A DNA stretch of 64,000 nt, from assembly GCF_001194135.2 (NCBI RefSeq), contig NC_068987.1, positions 34,734,036-34,798,035 on the forward strand, written 5' to 3'. Position 1 is the first letter of the stretch. Each line of letters opens with the position of its first letter. The stretch is from Octopus bimaculoides (lineage: Eukaryota). This document shows, piece by piece, positions 1 through 12,872 of this stretch. The notes under the pieces were generated by a model, which worked only from the letters and a program-made list of their open reading frames with translations, had not been told where the DNA came from and did not search any database. A program made the position numbers and the translations under genes.

Positions 1-44
1 CCCCGATAAAGCACGTTTTAATTTATGTTATACATATTCTTTTA

Positions 45-170
45 TTTGTTTGAGTCTTTTGACTGTGGCCATGCTGCAGTACCGCCTTTGGTCGAACAAA
101 ATCGGCCTCAGGACTTATTCTTTGTAATCCTCTTTTGCCGACATAGGTTGACAAGCGGTGGGGGGTGGGG
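45..170 (-). mobile_element. SINE family A, 3' tail fragment (partly deleted)
   Basis: gactgtggccatgctgcagtaccgcc...ggacttattctttgtaa matches the tail of the fuller copies at 35740-36081 (-) and 48213-48600 (+). Confidence 0.7.
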
Positions 171-244
171 GTACAAATACATGGCGAACCAGGCTGTACT
201 CTTTCACCACAACTTTCTTTCGCTCTTACTTCGTGTTGCTGTTG

Positions 245-426
245 TACCTGTAATTCAAAGGGCCAGCCTTGTCACACTTTGTGTCAAGCAGAATCTCTCT
301 GAGAACTACATTAAGGGTACACGTGTCCGTGGATTACTCAGCCACTTGTACGTTAACTACACGAGCACGCTGTTCCATTGATGGGATCAACTGGAACCCA
401 CGTCGTTGCAACTGACGGAGTGCCAC
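245..426 (-). mobile_element. SINE-like repeat family C
   Basis: Reverse complement gtggcactccgtcagttgcaacgacg...caagtggctgagtaatccacggacacgtgtacccttaa aligns with the + copy at 4437-4550. Confidence 0.7.
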
Positions 427-429
427 GAA

Positions 430-470
430 TACACACGCACACACACACAGACACACACACACACACACAC

Positions 471-510
<40 letters not shown>
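430..510. repeat. (CA)n/(TA)n microsatellite abutting an assembly gap
   Basis: Seen directly. The same pattern (TA or CT run then N) occurs at most gaps in the window. Confidence 0.95.
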
Positions 511-1265
511 NNNNNNNNNNNNNNNNNNNNNNNNNNNNNNNNNNNNNNNNNNNNNNNNNNNNNNNNNNNNNNNNNNNNNNNNNNNNNNNNNNNNNNNNNN
601 NNNNNNNNNNNNNNNNNNNNNNNNNNNNNNNNNNNNNNNNNNNNNNNNNNNNNNNNNNNNNNNNNNNNNNNNNNNNNNNNNNNNNNNNNNNNNNNNNNNN
701 NNNNNNNNNNNNNNNNNNNNNNNNNNNNNNNNNNNNNNNNNNNNNNNNNNNNNNNNNNNNNNNNNNNNNNNNNNNNNNNNNATATCCCATGTGTTGGATC
801 TTTAAAATTTCCCTATCGTATCTTCCTTCTCCTTAACCTTCTTTTCCTTTCTTTATATTTAATTGTTCTATGAGAGGGAAAAAAAAAACAATTTTCCACG
901 TAGGTTTGAGGAATAAAAGATCATCTATACTGTCATTCAAATGAAACGGATCAATATTACCAAATCTTAATTCTCCATTTATCTATTCCTGCATTTTGCT
1001 TGGAAAACGAAAAGTTTACACTATATCTATTAAATAATTTCCCAAATTTACTTGAAGGTGGTAAATACTTTTCTAGAGAAAGAAAATTTACGAGTGATAT
1101 CGGAAGCTATTAAATATAAGAATTTAGCGTTATACCATGTAATAATTGTTGATATTTTCTTTTTACTATTAGTATATAATTCTTGTCAATATTACCTTCA
1201 TTAAAACTGAATTCTTTCTTATTGTAATGTTTAACATAAATGTGTTCTTGTTCATATTATTATTG

Positions 1266-1812
1266 CGTAAGAGAGCAGTCGCTGCATCAAAGTGACACTG
1301 AGGTAAAATATACGAAGTCCAATATACACCTCATGATTACCCGACTGATAAGGGTATAGCAGGTACATGCGGCACAACCATATGTGTGCGATACGGTGAT
1401 CTTATATCAAGACAAACAGTGCATGATCTTGCAAGTGGAGCCCAGTTAGAATATTTTTTTCAGGTTCAGTAGCCCGTACCACTGAAAGGGTCACTGAATA
1501 AGGGATGTTTAAACTTGGTGATCGAAATGCCTATGTTTCAAGAGGTGTATTATTCAAATCCCAAAGAATTCCTCTCAGCACATGGCTATGACGTTCCCAG
1601 CTCCACTTCTGCCCGTGATCAGAGGCGCACAAATCGTCAGCTACCAAAGATATGCTCAACTGATTAAGGACAAAGAAATGACATGCTAAGTGTGGTATGT
1701 AGCCCATCTTTTATACCAAGGCAAAACATGTACGTGATAACACTTCCAAACAATTAAGATCAGAAGCCACTAGAACCAGTGCCTGGTACTGAATCACGGC
1801 ATCCGCTACCAA
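1266..1812 (+). mobile_element. Unclassified ~550-bp interspersed repeat (family D)
   Basis: Aligns by eye along its length with the inverted copy at 11041-11565; its 3' end recurs at 33668-33738 followed by (TTA)n. Confidence 0.75.
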
Positions 1813-1859
1813 GGGACATGCTCAACTGGTTATGGCCAAACACCTGATAGGTAAATCTG

Positions 1860-2245
1860 TGGTATTGCGAAGAATATTTGCTGTAATCCATTTTTATACA
1901 CACAAAACTATTATTATTGTTGTTGCTATTCATACCAACCTTATAATTAATATTTATAAATTTATACTCTTTCATATGTTCATCATCAATACCTAGTTTA
2001 TTGCCTATCATATTTATATCCTTATTGTTCTTTCCTTTGTTCAGTTTTGTTAAAACTATTTTAGTGTAATTTTATCTAAATTTTTAATTTTATTATGCAC
2101 CCTAAACTTTGTCAACTTCCCTTTAATTCTGTCATTTTTTCGAATGTTATTATTATAATTGTGGATATAGTAAATAGTATCTTTATATCCAACTTCAAAT
2201 GATGAATGGTTATAGCAATTTTGATTTTGTTTAAATATATTTCTC
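1860..2245 (-). pseudogene. Penelope-like element RT fragment (inverted relative to the adjacent PLE piece)
   Basis: Translation ...GNKLGIDDEH... parallels ...YAMNKLG... of the PLE RT at 40547-40927; same very AT-rich composition. Confidence 0.4.
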
Positions 2246-2249
2246 ATTA

Positions 2250-3950
2250 GCCGAAAGCCTCGAAATACGAGTAGGTATATATCAAATAATAGAATTTATT
2301 ATGTTCCTTGGCCGAATTTTTATTTACATATCGAAAGCATGCATTAGGCTTATGAATAAGTTTGTTGGTATAACTCATTACTTAAATCAAGTGTAACTGC
2401 GAGGAAGTTAACAATAGTAGAATCATTATCTAGTGATAGAAACACCACGACGCTTAACGTATTTATGATTTTTTCTTGATCTTTCTAAATTAACCATATT
2501 AGATTTATATATAGTGACTCTATATAATCCAAGGAGCACAATAAATTCTAACATTAAAAAATATCTACACGTATTTGAAGGTTTTCTGCTAATGAGGATT
2601 TAGTTAATCAAGAGAATGTAGTTAATTAAGAGAATGTAGTTAATCAAGAGAATGTAGTTAATCAATGCATTATTGGAAGCCGAATATAAACATAATATTT
2701 ACTTTATCCAGAATCACTATAAAAACAAGATTCCAGAATTGATAGAATTATAGATAAGTTGAAAATTATAGGGAGTATAACAAAAGTGAAAATAAAACTA
2801 GAAATTTAGCTGAGAATTTTGTAGCACACAATAAACAGAGACTTAGGGGACATCTAAATCCTAAATCTATAAATAAACGTTAAACAGATAATGTGTATGA
2901 TGGAATTAAATTTCATGATTATCTTCCCGAATAAGGTCTCGATTCTATAACCGATCACAACTGTAATAATATAGTAAGTCTTTCACCTAGCATTATTATT
3001 AATTTTAATAATAATAATAGTCCCAACATAAGACCCGATTTGCAGAAGAATACGTGTGGAAATTCTTTTAAATATTAGTACCAAATACATGTGAATAAAT
3101 TCATGTGTAACTGTCTACATAAAATTATAAGCACTTAAGAAAATCAGTGTCTAAGTAAAAATATTGTATGTCAGTGTAAAGTAATAACTTGAGAGCGTAA
3201 GTATGATTACATAGCTTGATCTGCTACAATATGAAAATATAGGTCTTATAATCATTCTAATAACTTTTAGTATAAAAGAAAAAAGTAATTCTACAAATCT
3301 TAGTAAATGCCTCTTTGATTTAAAGGATAAGAATATTAAGTATGATTTAAAGTGGTCCATTATTAGTTATGCACCATCGTACAATAATGGTAAATCTTAA
3401 ATAAATGTATTATATAACTACTTCTAAATCAATTTTATTGAACACTTTACCTTAAGATGTTGCCATAAATTTAGAAAGGCATTCAAATATTTCAAATATT
3501 AATTGTAATAATGTTTCAATTATTATATATGGTTAAGTCTTATAAAAGGTTTAATATAATGTGTAACTAGATAACTAATTATTGTGACATAAAGTATGAA
3601 TTAAGCCTTAGGTAGAATTCTTATCTTCAGTATTTATTCTTTAGTTATCCAGTGACGTCATCAATAATTGTATACGAAAATAATATTTTTTAGGTTATAA
3701 TCTTAGTTTATTTTTCTATGTAGTTTTCTACTTCTCATAATGTACTATATTTATATCTGCCTGTTTAATTTGTTATTTTGATTTCATCATTAACTGTGGT
3801 CACCAATAGTTGAATGAGCTTTCTTAAATACGCTTATTTTTTATTGTATTTTATATATATCTTTTATAAACGAATTTCGTTTTTTAATGACGTCACTACT
3901 AGTTGACTGAAGGAACGGCTTAGGTTGAATTGAAATTTAGGCGTTCTTTT
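2250..3950 (+). mobile_element. Degenerate AT-rich Penelope-like element (RT C-terminus + GIY-YIG endonuclease)
   Basis: About 3260-3390 translates as TFSIKEKSNSTNLSKCLFDLKDKNIKYDLKWSIISYAPSYNNG, homologous to SFKNRRLINSTGLSKYAWELKSKNIKYNLN at 38480-38677, a PLE GIY-YIG region. Many stops and frameshifts. Confidence 0.7.
2603..2665 (+). repeat. 18-bp tandem repeat GTTAATCAAGAGAATGTA x3.5
   Basis: Units at 2603, 2621 (one mismatch), 2639 and a partial unit at 2657. Confidence 0.95.
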
Positions 3951-4436
3951 TGCTAGCGTTTATCTTATTTAATAATTTGGAGTCAACAAGAGGGAGAGCA
4001 GTTGGACATTTATTTGAAATCAGTGCAATTGTTTCTACAAAACGTAGTACCCCTTGCTTGTAATGATCTGATTATGTAACCTTTCCCTGTAGTAAGGTAG
4101 CTAATTGTGTTCCTTCAGGTAATGTATTAATATTGTTTCTGTAAACTCAGTTTCCAAATTTCAAGTACATCCTTTTCTTCCTGTTGTGACGTCCAACAAG
4201 TAAAGTTCTCTGGCTGAAAGTATGTTGATAAACTGCTTTGACTTTCTGCATGGAATGGAAATGGAAGCACTTAATGTCTTTGTACAGTTGATATATTCTT
4301 CATGGTCGGTTACACTTGCGATCGCCCTTGGCAGACCTTCAATAATTCGGTGGCCGATCTCTTGGTTGGCTTACAAGTACACACACATAGTTTTGTATGT
4401 ATGTTTGTATCTATCTGTGTGTGTATATAAATATAG

Positions 4437-4550
4437 GAGCTCTCCGTCGGTTACAAAGAAGAGGGTCCCAGCTGATCAACGGAAGAGCCTGCTCATGAAA
4501 TTAACGGGCAAGTGACTGAGCAATCCACAGACACGTGTAACCCTAACGTA
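4437..4550 (+). mobile_element. SINE-like repeat family C fragment
   Basis: ctctccgtcggttacaaagaagagggtcccagctgatcaacggaagagcctgctcatgaaattaac...cagacacgtgtaaccc; second copy at 245-426. Confidence 0.7.
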
Positions 4551-4819
4551 TATATGCATTTACTTATATATACACATATATGGATACGCAGGTACATATT
4601 ACATTTGCCTATATGATATCCGTACTTGCATATCTATACCTCCATGGTCACCCGCGCATACGCAGATATGGATACACATACACACACGTGTACATATATA
4701 CATATCTATATATACACATATACATATATACACGCATATAGCAGGTGGTCTATATGGAAACGATGCCCTATTCGTAATCGATACTAGCACTAATATAGAA
4801 ATAGAGAGATACAGAAAAA

Positions 4820-5140
4820 AAAAAAACTACACGAAGTATTAAAGAATTTCGGCCTATCTCTAAACATAAATGGTAATTAACGTAAAGTAAATATTCTAGA
4901 TACTGCTTTTAGCTTGGAAACAGAGATGTACGAAATGTTCCATAAACCGAACGAGTGCCTTAGGTACGTAAATGTAATGTCCAATCATCCACCATGCATA
5001 ACGAAAGCAATAGTTCGGGACGTAGCCACTAAAATTAGACGACTGTCAGCCAATGAGACAATATTCAACATAAATGCACCATACTAAAATGAAGCACTAG
5101 CCGGGCATAAGGAAAAAGATCAAGCTTACACTTGTTGATA
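4820..5140 (+). pseudogene. Penelope-like RT thumb-region fragment
   Basis: Translates as KNFGLSLNING*..KVNILDTAFSLETEMYEMFHKPNECLRYVNVMSNHP...KIRRLSANETIFNINAPY*NEAL, matching the PLE motifs VNFLDVT / KPN / SNHP / RLS. Confidence 0.75.
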
Positions 5141-5559
5141 TCCTAAATCGTACTAATACCCACACACGCAAAGAAGAAAATACATGCATTATGAACATCT
5201 ACAAGAAATACATAGCAATAAAATACACATACGCAAGATAGAATGGAAACAATAAACAAGAGCCGAAAATATAGCAATAGCATCAACAAGGACACACAAA
5301 GTAGCAAGAAAATCCAACAAAATGTACTACTACATACACAAATACGATACAAAAATATACATGCAGGCAACAACCAAAAACACGGATCAAACAAACAACG
5401 CAGGGAATGATAAATGGGAATCATAAAAATAAGAATAGTGACCCCGAAAATCGTAATACGAGCGAAGAAAAAAGACCGACAGTTATAATAGGACCCCAAT
5501 CAAAACTGAAAAACGAGCAATAATATCAAGAACACTGCAATTTAGTGAAATAAATCGAA

Positions 5560-5820
5560 CCAGGGCTTAATCTGTGTAAGCCTAGTACTTATTCTATCGT
5601 TCACTTTTGCCGAGCTGATAGGTTAAAGGGACGTAAACACTTGAACATTTGTTATCAAGAGAGAGTGGGAAACAAAGACAAACTTAGATACCTCTATTTC
5701 ATATGTGGGAAATTCCGTCTGTGGGTGCGTTTGTGGACTTGTTAGCAATATCATTTTATTATCTCATTCTTTAACTTGTTTCCTCCATTAGACTGCGGAT
5801 ATGCTGGAGCAACGCCTTAA
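5560..5820 (-). mobile_element. SINE family A, fragmented middle and tail
   Basis: gtaagcctagtacttattctatcg...ttttgccgagc (5575-5640) and gactgcggatatgctggagcaacgcc (5790-5816). Confidence 0.6.
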
Positions 5821-5938
5821 CATAATTTAGTCACTTGACACATGAGTAAAACTCATGTCTGGAAACCTTGTGGCATACTCAGATTGTTGAAAACAATCGA
5901 AAATGGGACCCCTAGAAGGGATACCTCTCTCCCACACA

Positions 5939-5982
<44 letters not shown>

Positions 5983-6184
5983 TGCATATTAATACCGAAG
6001 AGACATACCCTTCACTTAGATTATAACAACCGAGGGAAATAAGCCATTCATTTTCTAAAACATTGCTATAGATCAAGTTGAGTGTGCTTATTTCTTAGTA
6101 TAGAGTCATTTTAGAAATTAATCCACTACAACCCTTAAACAAGTAAATAGTATTTTCCTAAACAATACATCCACTTATTTCGGT

Positions 6185-6590
6185 TAGTGACTTATTCGCG
6201 AATATACAAACACTAGCGCTGCTGAGAGTGATATTCTCTGGGAATGCATAAAAGCCCTTTTCAAAGTTATTTGTTTTGAATAGTTATTAGCTCATATCTA
6301 ATTAGCCTGTTATTACGTAAAATGCTTCACGATTTTAGTATACACACCTTATTAGTATTTCCTCGAAACACTATATACTCTGGGTACGCATTAAAACCCC
6401 TTTCAGGACTACTTTATTTGAATTCTTATTGCCGGGTAACTAATTTAAATGTTATTACATAACTACGTAACAATTTGTATATTCGTAACTTATTGGGAAT
6501 TCCTAAAAACAAGATCATGTGGGTATTCTCTGTAAATTCACAAAAATCGTTTTCAGGGTTATATACATTGTATTGTTCTTATTAGATTAG
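6185..6590. repeat. Degenerate ~145-bp tandem repeat, about 3 units
   Basis: CTCTG anchors at 6236, 6378 and 6528, each followed by similar AAAA-CCC-TTTCA...TTATT blocks and preceded by CTTATT...AAAC blocks. Confidence 0.6.
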
Positions 6591-6677
6591 CGAAAAAATT
6601 ATGAGAATGGAAACAAGGGACAAGCCCTACTTTCCCGGGAATTACCAAGTACGTCAGCTAGTATACATATATACACA

Positions 6678-6822
6678 ACGTCCTTCTTTCAGTTTCCAAC
6701 TACGAGTTCCATTCACAAGGCTTTCGCTGGCCCGAGGCCACAGTAGAAGACACGCAGTGGGATTGAACTAGGAACTATGTAGTTTAGAAGCAAGCTTCTT
6801 TCTACAATGCAACTCCTGCGCC
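6678..6822 (-). mobile_element. SINE family A, 5' half with tRNA-like head
   Basis: Reverse complement starts ggcgcaggagttgcattg...gttcaatcccactgcgtg (B-box-like GTTCAATC). Confidence 0.75.
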
Positions 6823-9561
6823 TTTGATTATATGTCTTGTCTATTCTATATCAAGTTACTAATTTTCAATCCAAAGAGTTTCTAATATCAGAGCAAACCA
6901 CTTGTACAGCAATTCTATCGCCAATCAGTAAATATCAAATATATCATTGTCATCTGTCTTATTTGGAATGCTACGTAAACTATTGCTACTTGCTTAACGA
7001 TTCGTATGAAATACATCACTTTGTTACTACGCTTCACATCACACAGCCTATCTTTATATCGAATCTGTGATGAAAGATTTACACTGCAAGTATCGGCTTC
7101 TTCATGGCATTACTTCTACACCATGGAGTAGTGGATTGGTCGGGGAGGCGCTATTCTGTGTGTTTTATTTTGAAAGTGAAGACACATATTAGTGTCATGG
7201 GGTGGGTTTTCGGGTTATTGGGTATAATAAATGGCGAAATTTAATATGAAGAACAAAGGTGACATTATAAACTCATTTAAGTGGGAAGATATATGATGAT
7301 GTTTAAACGATCACATTTCTACAAAGTGTTGTTATGTGACACGTATCAAAGTGCCATGTTGTAAATTGCGCCTTTGGTTTAAGCTACTAAGTAAAATTAT
7401 ATCTGATTTCGCAACATTAAATGTCTTTTGTTTCCTGCAACATAAATCAATTGGGGCACGACGTTTCGAATTATGACACATGTTCGGGATAAAAATCTCT
7501 CTAATTTCATCCTTTAAGTTACAACTTTTGTATTCCCTGAAGATTTTAAAAGCAATCATTCTATGTCCATTGTAAAAATAAACATTAAATGAAGTGTAAA
7601 AGCTATCATTATAATGATACAGAATTTCATTTTCAAATTTATCGAAAGCTTAAAGATGTATTTCTCAGCAAATTAACGTGTCCGAGTTCGCTTCTCTTCT
7701 TATAATGTCTTAGACGGTGTTTGCAAAAACAATAGCTATGAACTACTCCTGTGCCGACGGAAAGTTACTGAAAGATACGAGAGACTCAGCCTTAAAACAT
7801 GCAACAAAATAGACACTACTGAGGGCATGAAGATTTAAAGAAACCTATAGATTATGTATATTACCCAATAAGAGAATAGTCACTGTAACAATATTCCTTG
7901 TATACCAAATCTAACTCAACGAGCATTACGACAGTATCGTGCATAATACCTCGCATGGGATGCTACTACAAAATACGTAGTAACGATGTCAAACTCTTGA
8001 TTACGTGACCGTGTTTGTTCCCACGCATTACCTGAAGATCAATATAAGCGTGAATAAATTCATTTGGAAATTTCGTCTAAGATAATGATTAGAAGATTTT
8101 TATCATTTTCTGTTCTTACGTCTCGGCAAGTTGGTTTTTACTTCTCCTGAACACACTGTAGTTAAAAGCTATAGCAATAGGCATCACAATGTAGTAAAAC
8201 GAATGAACATGTCATGATTCATATATGACATCCATCAATTCAACAGTTGACATGTTAAATAACTGTCAGTATAAAGCAAAACCCTCAGATAGTACATGTA
8301 ACACTTCGTCTACAGAAGCAATATTTCTTTCTGTATTTCTTCATTGCAAGCAAAGCAGTGATGTAATTAAGCATGATTAATTACAAAAATTCCCCGCACT
8401 TGATACAGTATTATAAAACAAAGAGCATTTCCAAGTATTATATAATAAAGATCCTTTCCAAAGATATTATTCATATTGCGACAAGATGTCGGGTAATGTC
8501 TTAATTGAAATAATCAATGTTTCCTTCGACCAACTTCGCGATATGCAGGATAAGAAAAGTTCAATTTCTGAGTGTTTACTTCGAAAACAATGAAAATAAC
8601 AAAGTAAGTGAACATTCAATGTATATATAAATGAATATCCTTAGATTTCTCTGCCCATATCTGTATGTGAATAAACCACATTTCATCAAGTATTGTTTCA
8701 ACTTGTGGCACTCATTCAATGGAATGCACTTGTTCAATGGAATTCACTTGTAAAATTTCGTACAGATATCTGATCTTATATCAATGTCTTAAATATTGGT
8801 ATATACAATGAAGATAATCTTGCCAGTTGCATTGATTGTGCGAGAAAAAACAAATTGTTATACTGTAGTTTACCTTTTGATTTCAAATCTCACTCATGTC
8901 CTTCGTTTTTCATTCTGGAGTCCATAGATATGAATAACAATGCGTATCGGTATTCTTCTAATCAACAATATCATTCTCCGAAATATCAGTCACACTCTCT
9001 ATGTGAGAGAGTGATAAGTGATTACATAAAGTTGGGCACACAGGTACAACAGAATAAGTGAATGAATGAATGAATAAATAAATAGATAAGTAAGTAAATA
9101 AATAAAAGGATAGTAGATGCTGAACTGATTATAACAATATCTATGCGCTATACTGAATACGGTATTTAGAAATTTATATTAAATATTGAATTAGATATTT
9201 ATTACACTCTGCAATGGATTGGATACTCAGGGATATGTACATTCTACCGGCTGAATAAATAATTTATTCCCTATGAAACATCTGGAAATATACACCATTC
9301 GATTGCTGAATTATTAGCAAGTATGGTGGAAAAATATACATAACGCCCAAAAATACAGTCAACTCACATGAAGTAATGATAACAACATATCGTTCCTACA
9401 TTTGTAAATGTAAAATAAATGTCGTTACATCATATCAAATATGTATATATGCACGTCACAGATATTGCATCGCATTATTTTCATTAATTTTCATTCTTTT
9501 CCATCTGTACATCAAAATCAATCTCGATTTTCTAGTAAACGACAATGCATTTGTAAACGCT

Positions 9562-9679
9562 GGCGTAGCGCTGTGGTACGACATTTATCTCGCAACTGCA
9601 TGGTTCAGTGTTCAATCACTGTGCATGACACCTTCTGAAGGTGTTATATTGTAGATTCGGCCGGACCAAGGAAGCCCAT

Positions 9680-9712
<33 letters not shown>

Positions 9713-9905
9713 GAGTTTGTGTGCGAGCGTGTGTGTGTGCGCGCGCGCGGCTGTCTGCGCGTGTGCTTCTTTGTACATGCGCTTGTCTCCATCACTGCTT
9801 GACAACAGGTGTTTTTATGGTTATGTCACGTAACTTAACAGTTTGGCAACAGAGATCGATAGAATAAGTACCATATTTTACAAATATAATAAGTATTGGG
9901 GCCGA
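9562..9905 (+). mobile_element. Old SINE family A copy split by (TA)n/(TG)n
   Basis: Head ggcgtagcgctgtggt...gttcaatcactg; body ccatcactgcttgacaac...gtaacttaacagtttggcaacagagatcgatagaataagtac. Confidence 0.55.
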
Positions 9906-10256
9906 TAATACCGACTAAAATTCTTCAATATGATATAAAAGATACTGATAATGTTAACAGAAGTCATACCAGTAATTCTAAAGAAATAGCTCTAAATTCT
10001 AATCCACATATATGTATTTTAGATGAAGTGGATGCAGTAAACGCTGAATGTATTGAGACTGAGGTTGAGCTCACGATATAGAGTGTAGAGGTAAATATTC
10101 CGAAACAAATGTAGACGTTTTCACTATTTTCCGTATTCCCTGTTGACTAATCGCTAACTGTATATATCTTGTGCTGATAAAAGATAGTCACGACTAGCAG
10201 AAGTGTCATGCAACTAAAGTATACCTTACATTGAAATGGGCAGAATTGAACACATT

Positions 10257-10318
10257 GCATAACAACAACAGCAACAACAACACACAAGAACACCACCACC
10301 AACAACAACAACAACAAC

Positions 10319-10377
<59 letters not shown>

Positions 10378-10384
10378 TAATCAA

Positions 10385-10446
<62 letters not shown>

Positions 10447-10473
10447 TAATAATGACAATAATAATAATAATAA
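10257..10473. repeat. (CAA)n-(TAA)n trinucleotide microsatellite
   Basis: Seen directly. Confidence 0.95.
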
Positions 10474-11040
10474 ATGTATAAAATAGCTCCTACTCTGCGA
10501 AACTTTTTATCTGTAAATATGAGATCATGGAGAACCACACTGATGTTGGAAAATGACAATGAATNNNNNNNNNNNNNNNNNNNNNNNNNNNNNNNNNNNN
10601 NNNNNNNNNNNNNNNNNNNNNNNNNNNNNNNNNNNNNNNNNNNNNNNNNNNNNNNNNNNNNNNNNNNNNNNNNNNNNNNNNNNNNNNNNNNNNNNNNNNN
10701 NNNNTATCACAACTCCTCTTCTGTCTAGCCCTAATACCGCTCTCAAAATTGCTCAATGATGCACAGTATGGTTATAAAATATTTGATAAAAATATAAATC
10801 ATCTCATTTACATGGATGATTTAAAGCTCTTTGCAAAAAATGACCAACAACTCAAAGGCCTACTAGCGATTGTTAAACAATTCAGTGATGACATCAGGAT
10901 GCAATTTGGCCTTGATAAATGTGCAAAAGCTACCTTTATCAAAGGAAAAATGACAAATACATCTAATGTGAACCTTGACCAGCAAAATGTCATAAAAGAG
11001 TTAGAACCAGCGGAGAGCTACAAATACCTAGGGGTAATCT
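10474..11040 (+). pseudogene. R4/Dong-like (RLE-type) non-LTR retrotransposon, RT domain fragment
   Basis: YKIAPTLRNFLSVNMRSWRTTL...[gap]...LLFCLALIPLSKLLND...INHLIYMDDLKLFAKND...MQFGLDKCA...YKYLG; YMDD at 10809-10820; begins directly after (TAA)n. Confidence 0.85.
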
Positions 11041-11565
11041 CGTGGCTTCTGATTTTAACTGATTGGAAGTGTTCCCATGTATATGTTTTGTGTTGGAATA
11101 AATGATGGGCTACAGCAAATATTCTGCTCAATACCACGGGTTCGCTCGTCAGTTGTTTGACCTTAACCAGTTGAGCATGTCCCTTGGAGGCTGTCGATAT
11201 GTGCATATCTGATCACGTACAGAACTAGGTGGGAAGTATCATTCACGTATGTTGAGAGGAATTCTTTGGAGTTTAAATAATTCACCTCTGGAAACATGGT
11301 TGTTACATTCAAAATCCTTAAACAACCCTTATTCAAGGACCTTTTGATCGGGATGGGCTACTCAACATGAAGAAAATTCTAGCTTGGCTTCACCTACTAG
11401 CTCATGCACTTTTTATCTTGATATGAGATTACTGTTACGCACATGATTTTGATGCATATACCTGGTGTACCACTATAAGACAGGTAGTCATGGTGGGCAT
11501 ACTGGGCTTCGAATGTTCGTAAGCTAGTGACACTTTAATGGCATGTACTGCTGTCACGCTTTGTA
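11041..11565 (-). mobile_element. Family D interspersed repeat
   Basis: Inverted homologue of 1266-1812; abuts and truncates the RT fragment. Confidence 0.75.
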
Positions 11566-11568
11566 ATG

Positions 11569-11605
<37 letters not shown>

Positions 11606-11702
11606 TAATAATAATAATAATAATAATAATAATCAGAAGAAGAAGAAGAAGAAGAAGAAGAAGAAGAAGAAGAAGAAGAAGAAGAAGAAGAAGAAGAAGA
11701 AT
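11566..11702. repeat. (TAA)n-(GAA)n microsatellite
   Basis: Seen directly. Confidence 0.95.
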
Positions 11703-11869
11703 GATAAAATATGTGAATTTGGCAGAAGACCAGTGACTGTGATAATAGATCAGTTGACCTTCACTGGAATTTGAACACAGACCGTAAAAAGCAGGAACAA
11801 ATAACAGAAGGTATTTTTTATGATTACTCCAACGATCTTTTTATGTTCCGAATAGCTTCTGCTGCACCT

Positions 11870-11876
11870 GCTGTTA

Positions 11877-11923
<47 letters not shown>

Positions 11924-11975
11924 GACACTACTACTACTAAGAACAACAACAACAACAACAACAACACCAATAATA

Positions 11976-12010
<35 letters not shown>
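11870..12010. repeat. Compound trinucleotide microsatellite (TAC)(TGC)(AAC)(AAT)
   Basis: Seen directly. Confidence 0.95.
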
Positions 12011-12872
12011 TCTTTGAATACAGTGAATACAGCACCACAACAAACCAAATCTTGTAGTTTTCTTTGGATTTAGGTTAAGTGGTTCGTGGGAAGTAGATAT
12101 AAAAGGTATCAAGAAATTGCATGACCTCACACATTCAGCAGTAAAATATTTTTATCTAGTGCTACAAAGTATGTCATAAATTTTCACGATGATAATAAAG
12201 ACAACAGTGAAAATAATATAATTATATTTTAATTAAATATATAGGAAACTATCTCAAAACGCGTTTTCTTACACGGTTCTAAAATATACGAAAGGACAAA
12301 GAGAATTATTTATTAAAACAATGTAAAAATGTATTATTATATGTACAACATCATTGATAATTACATTTAAAAGGAGAGATAATATACAACAAAAGCCGCC
12401 TATTTACAGAAACATTGAATAAATCGTCTCATATACATGTATTTCTAACTAAAAATTGAAAAATTACAATATACAGAGAAAAGAGGAGGATATCGACAAA
12501 TGCCAAAATTAGAAAAGGCGTTAAAATAAATATTGTTTAATGAGTCAGAGTTGCAATGATTAGAAAATTAGGAATGATGTCTGAGTTTAGAGAAGATATT
12601 ACAAAGCTACTACCATAGCTAACTCTGTATCCCCTCCTCTCTACCTCTCCATCTACCTCCCTCTATTTACTTATACATGCCTCAGCGCTCTCACCCTCTC
12701 TATCTATCTATCTCTTTCTCTCTCACTTTTAATCTCCACGCCTACCCACCTTCATTCTTGAAATTACTCCTTCTCCACTCTGCATGAATATTCAGCTGGA
12801 CCTTTTCCCTCCGTTAATATCAGCTCCTCAGTGTTCTATCTTAACTTCCCTAAACGCTATAGCCTCACTATC

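Noticed and set aside
2603-2665. CRISPR-like array (also considered for 6185-6590 and 12956-13067)
   Set aside because: Eukaryotic context, no cas genes, and no regular repeat-unique spacer structure.
3651-3897. Two TGACGTCA (CRE) sites forming an 11-bp inverted pair
   Set aside because: The motif is self-complementary and lies within a PLE remnant with no gene nearby, so a regulatory or TIR role is unsupported.
11771-12073. Poly-T/A/N transcription-factor-like ORF
   Set aside because: Made of adjacent trinucleotide microsatellites, with a TTG start and no domain.
12610-12862. C/T-rich target DNA of the Tx1 insertion (continuing at 15478-15730) as an RT or endonuclease remnant
   Set aside because: Only vague motif-like peptides (e.g. 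ILNGNFYF) that fit either APE or PLE RT; this cannot be supported without a search.
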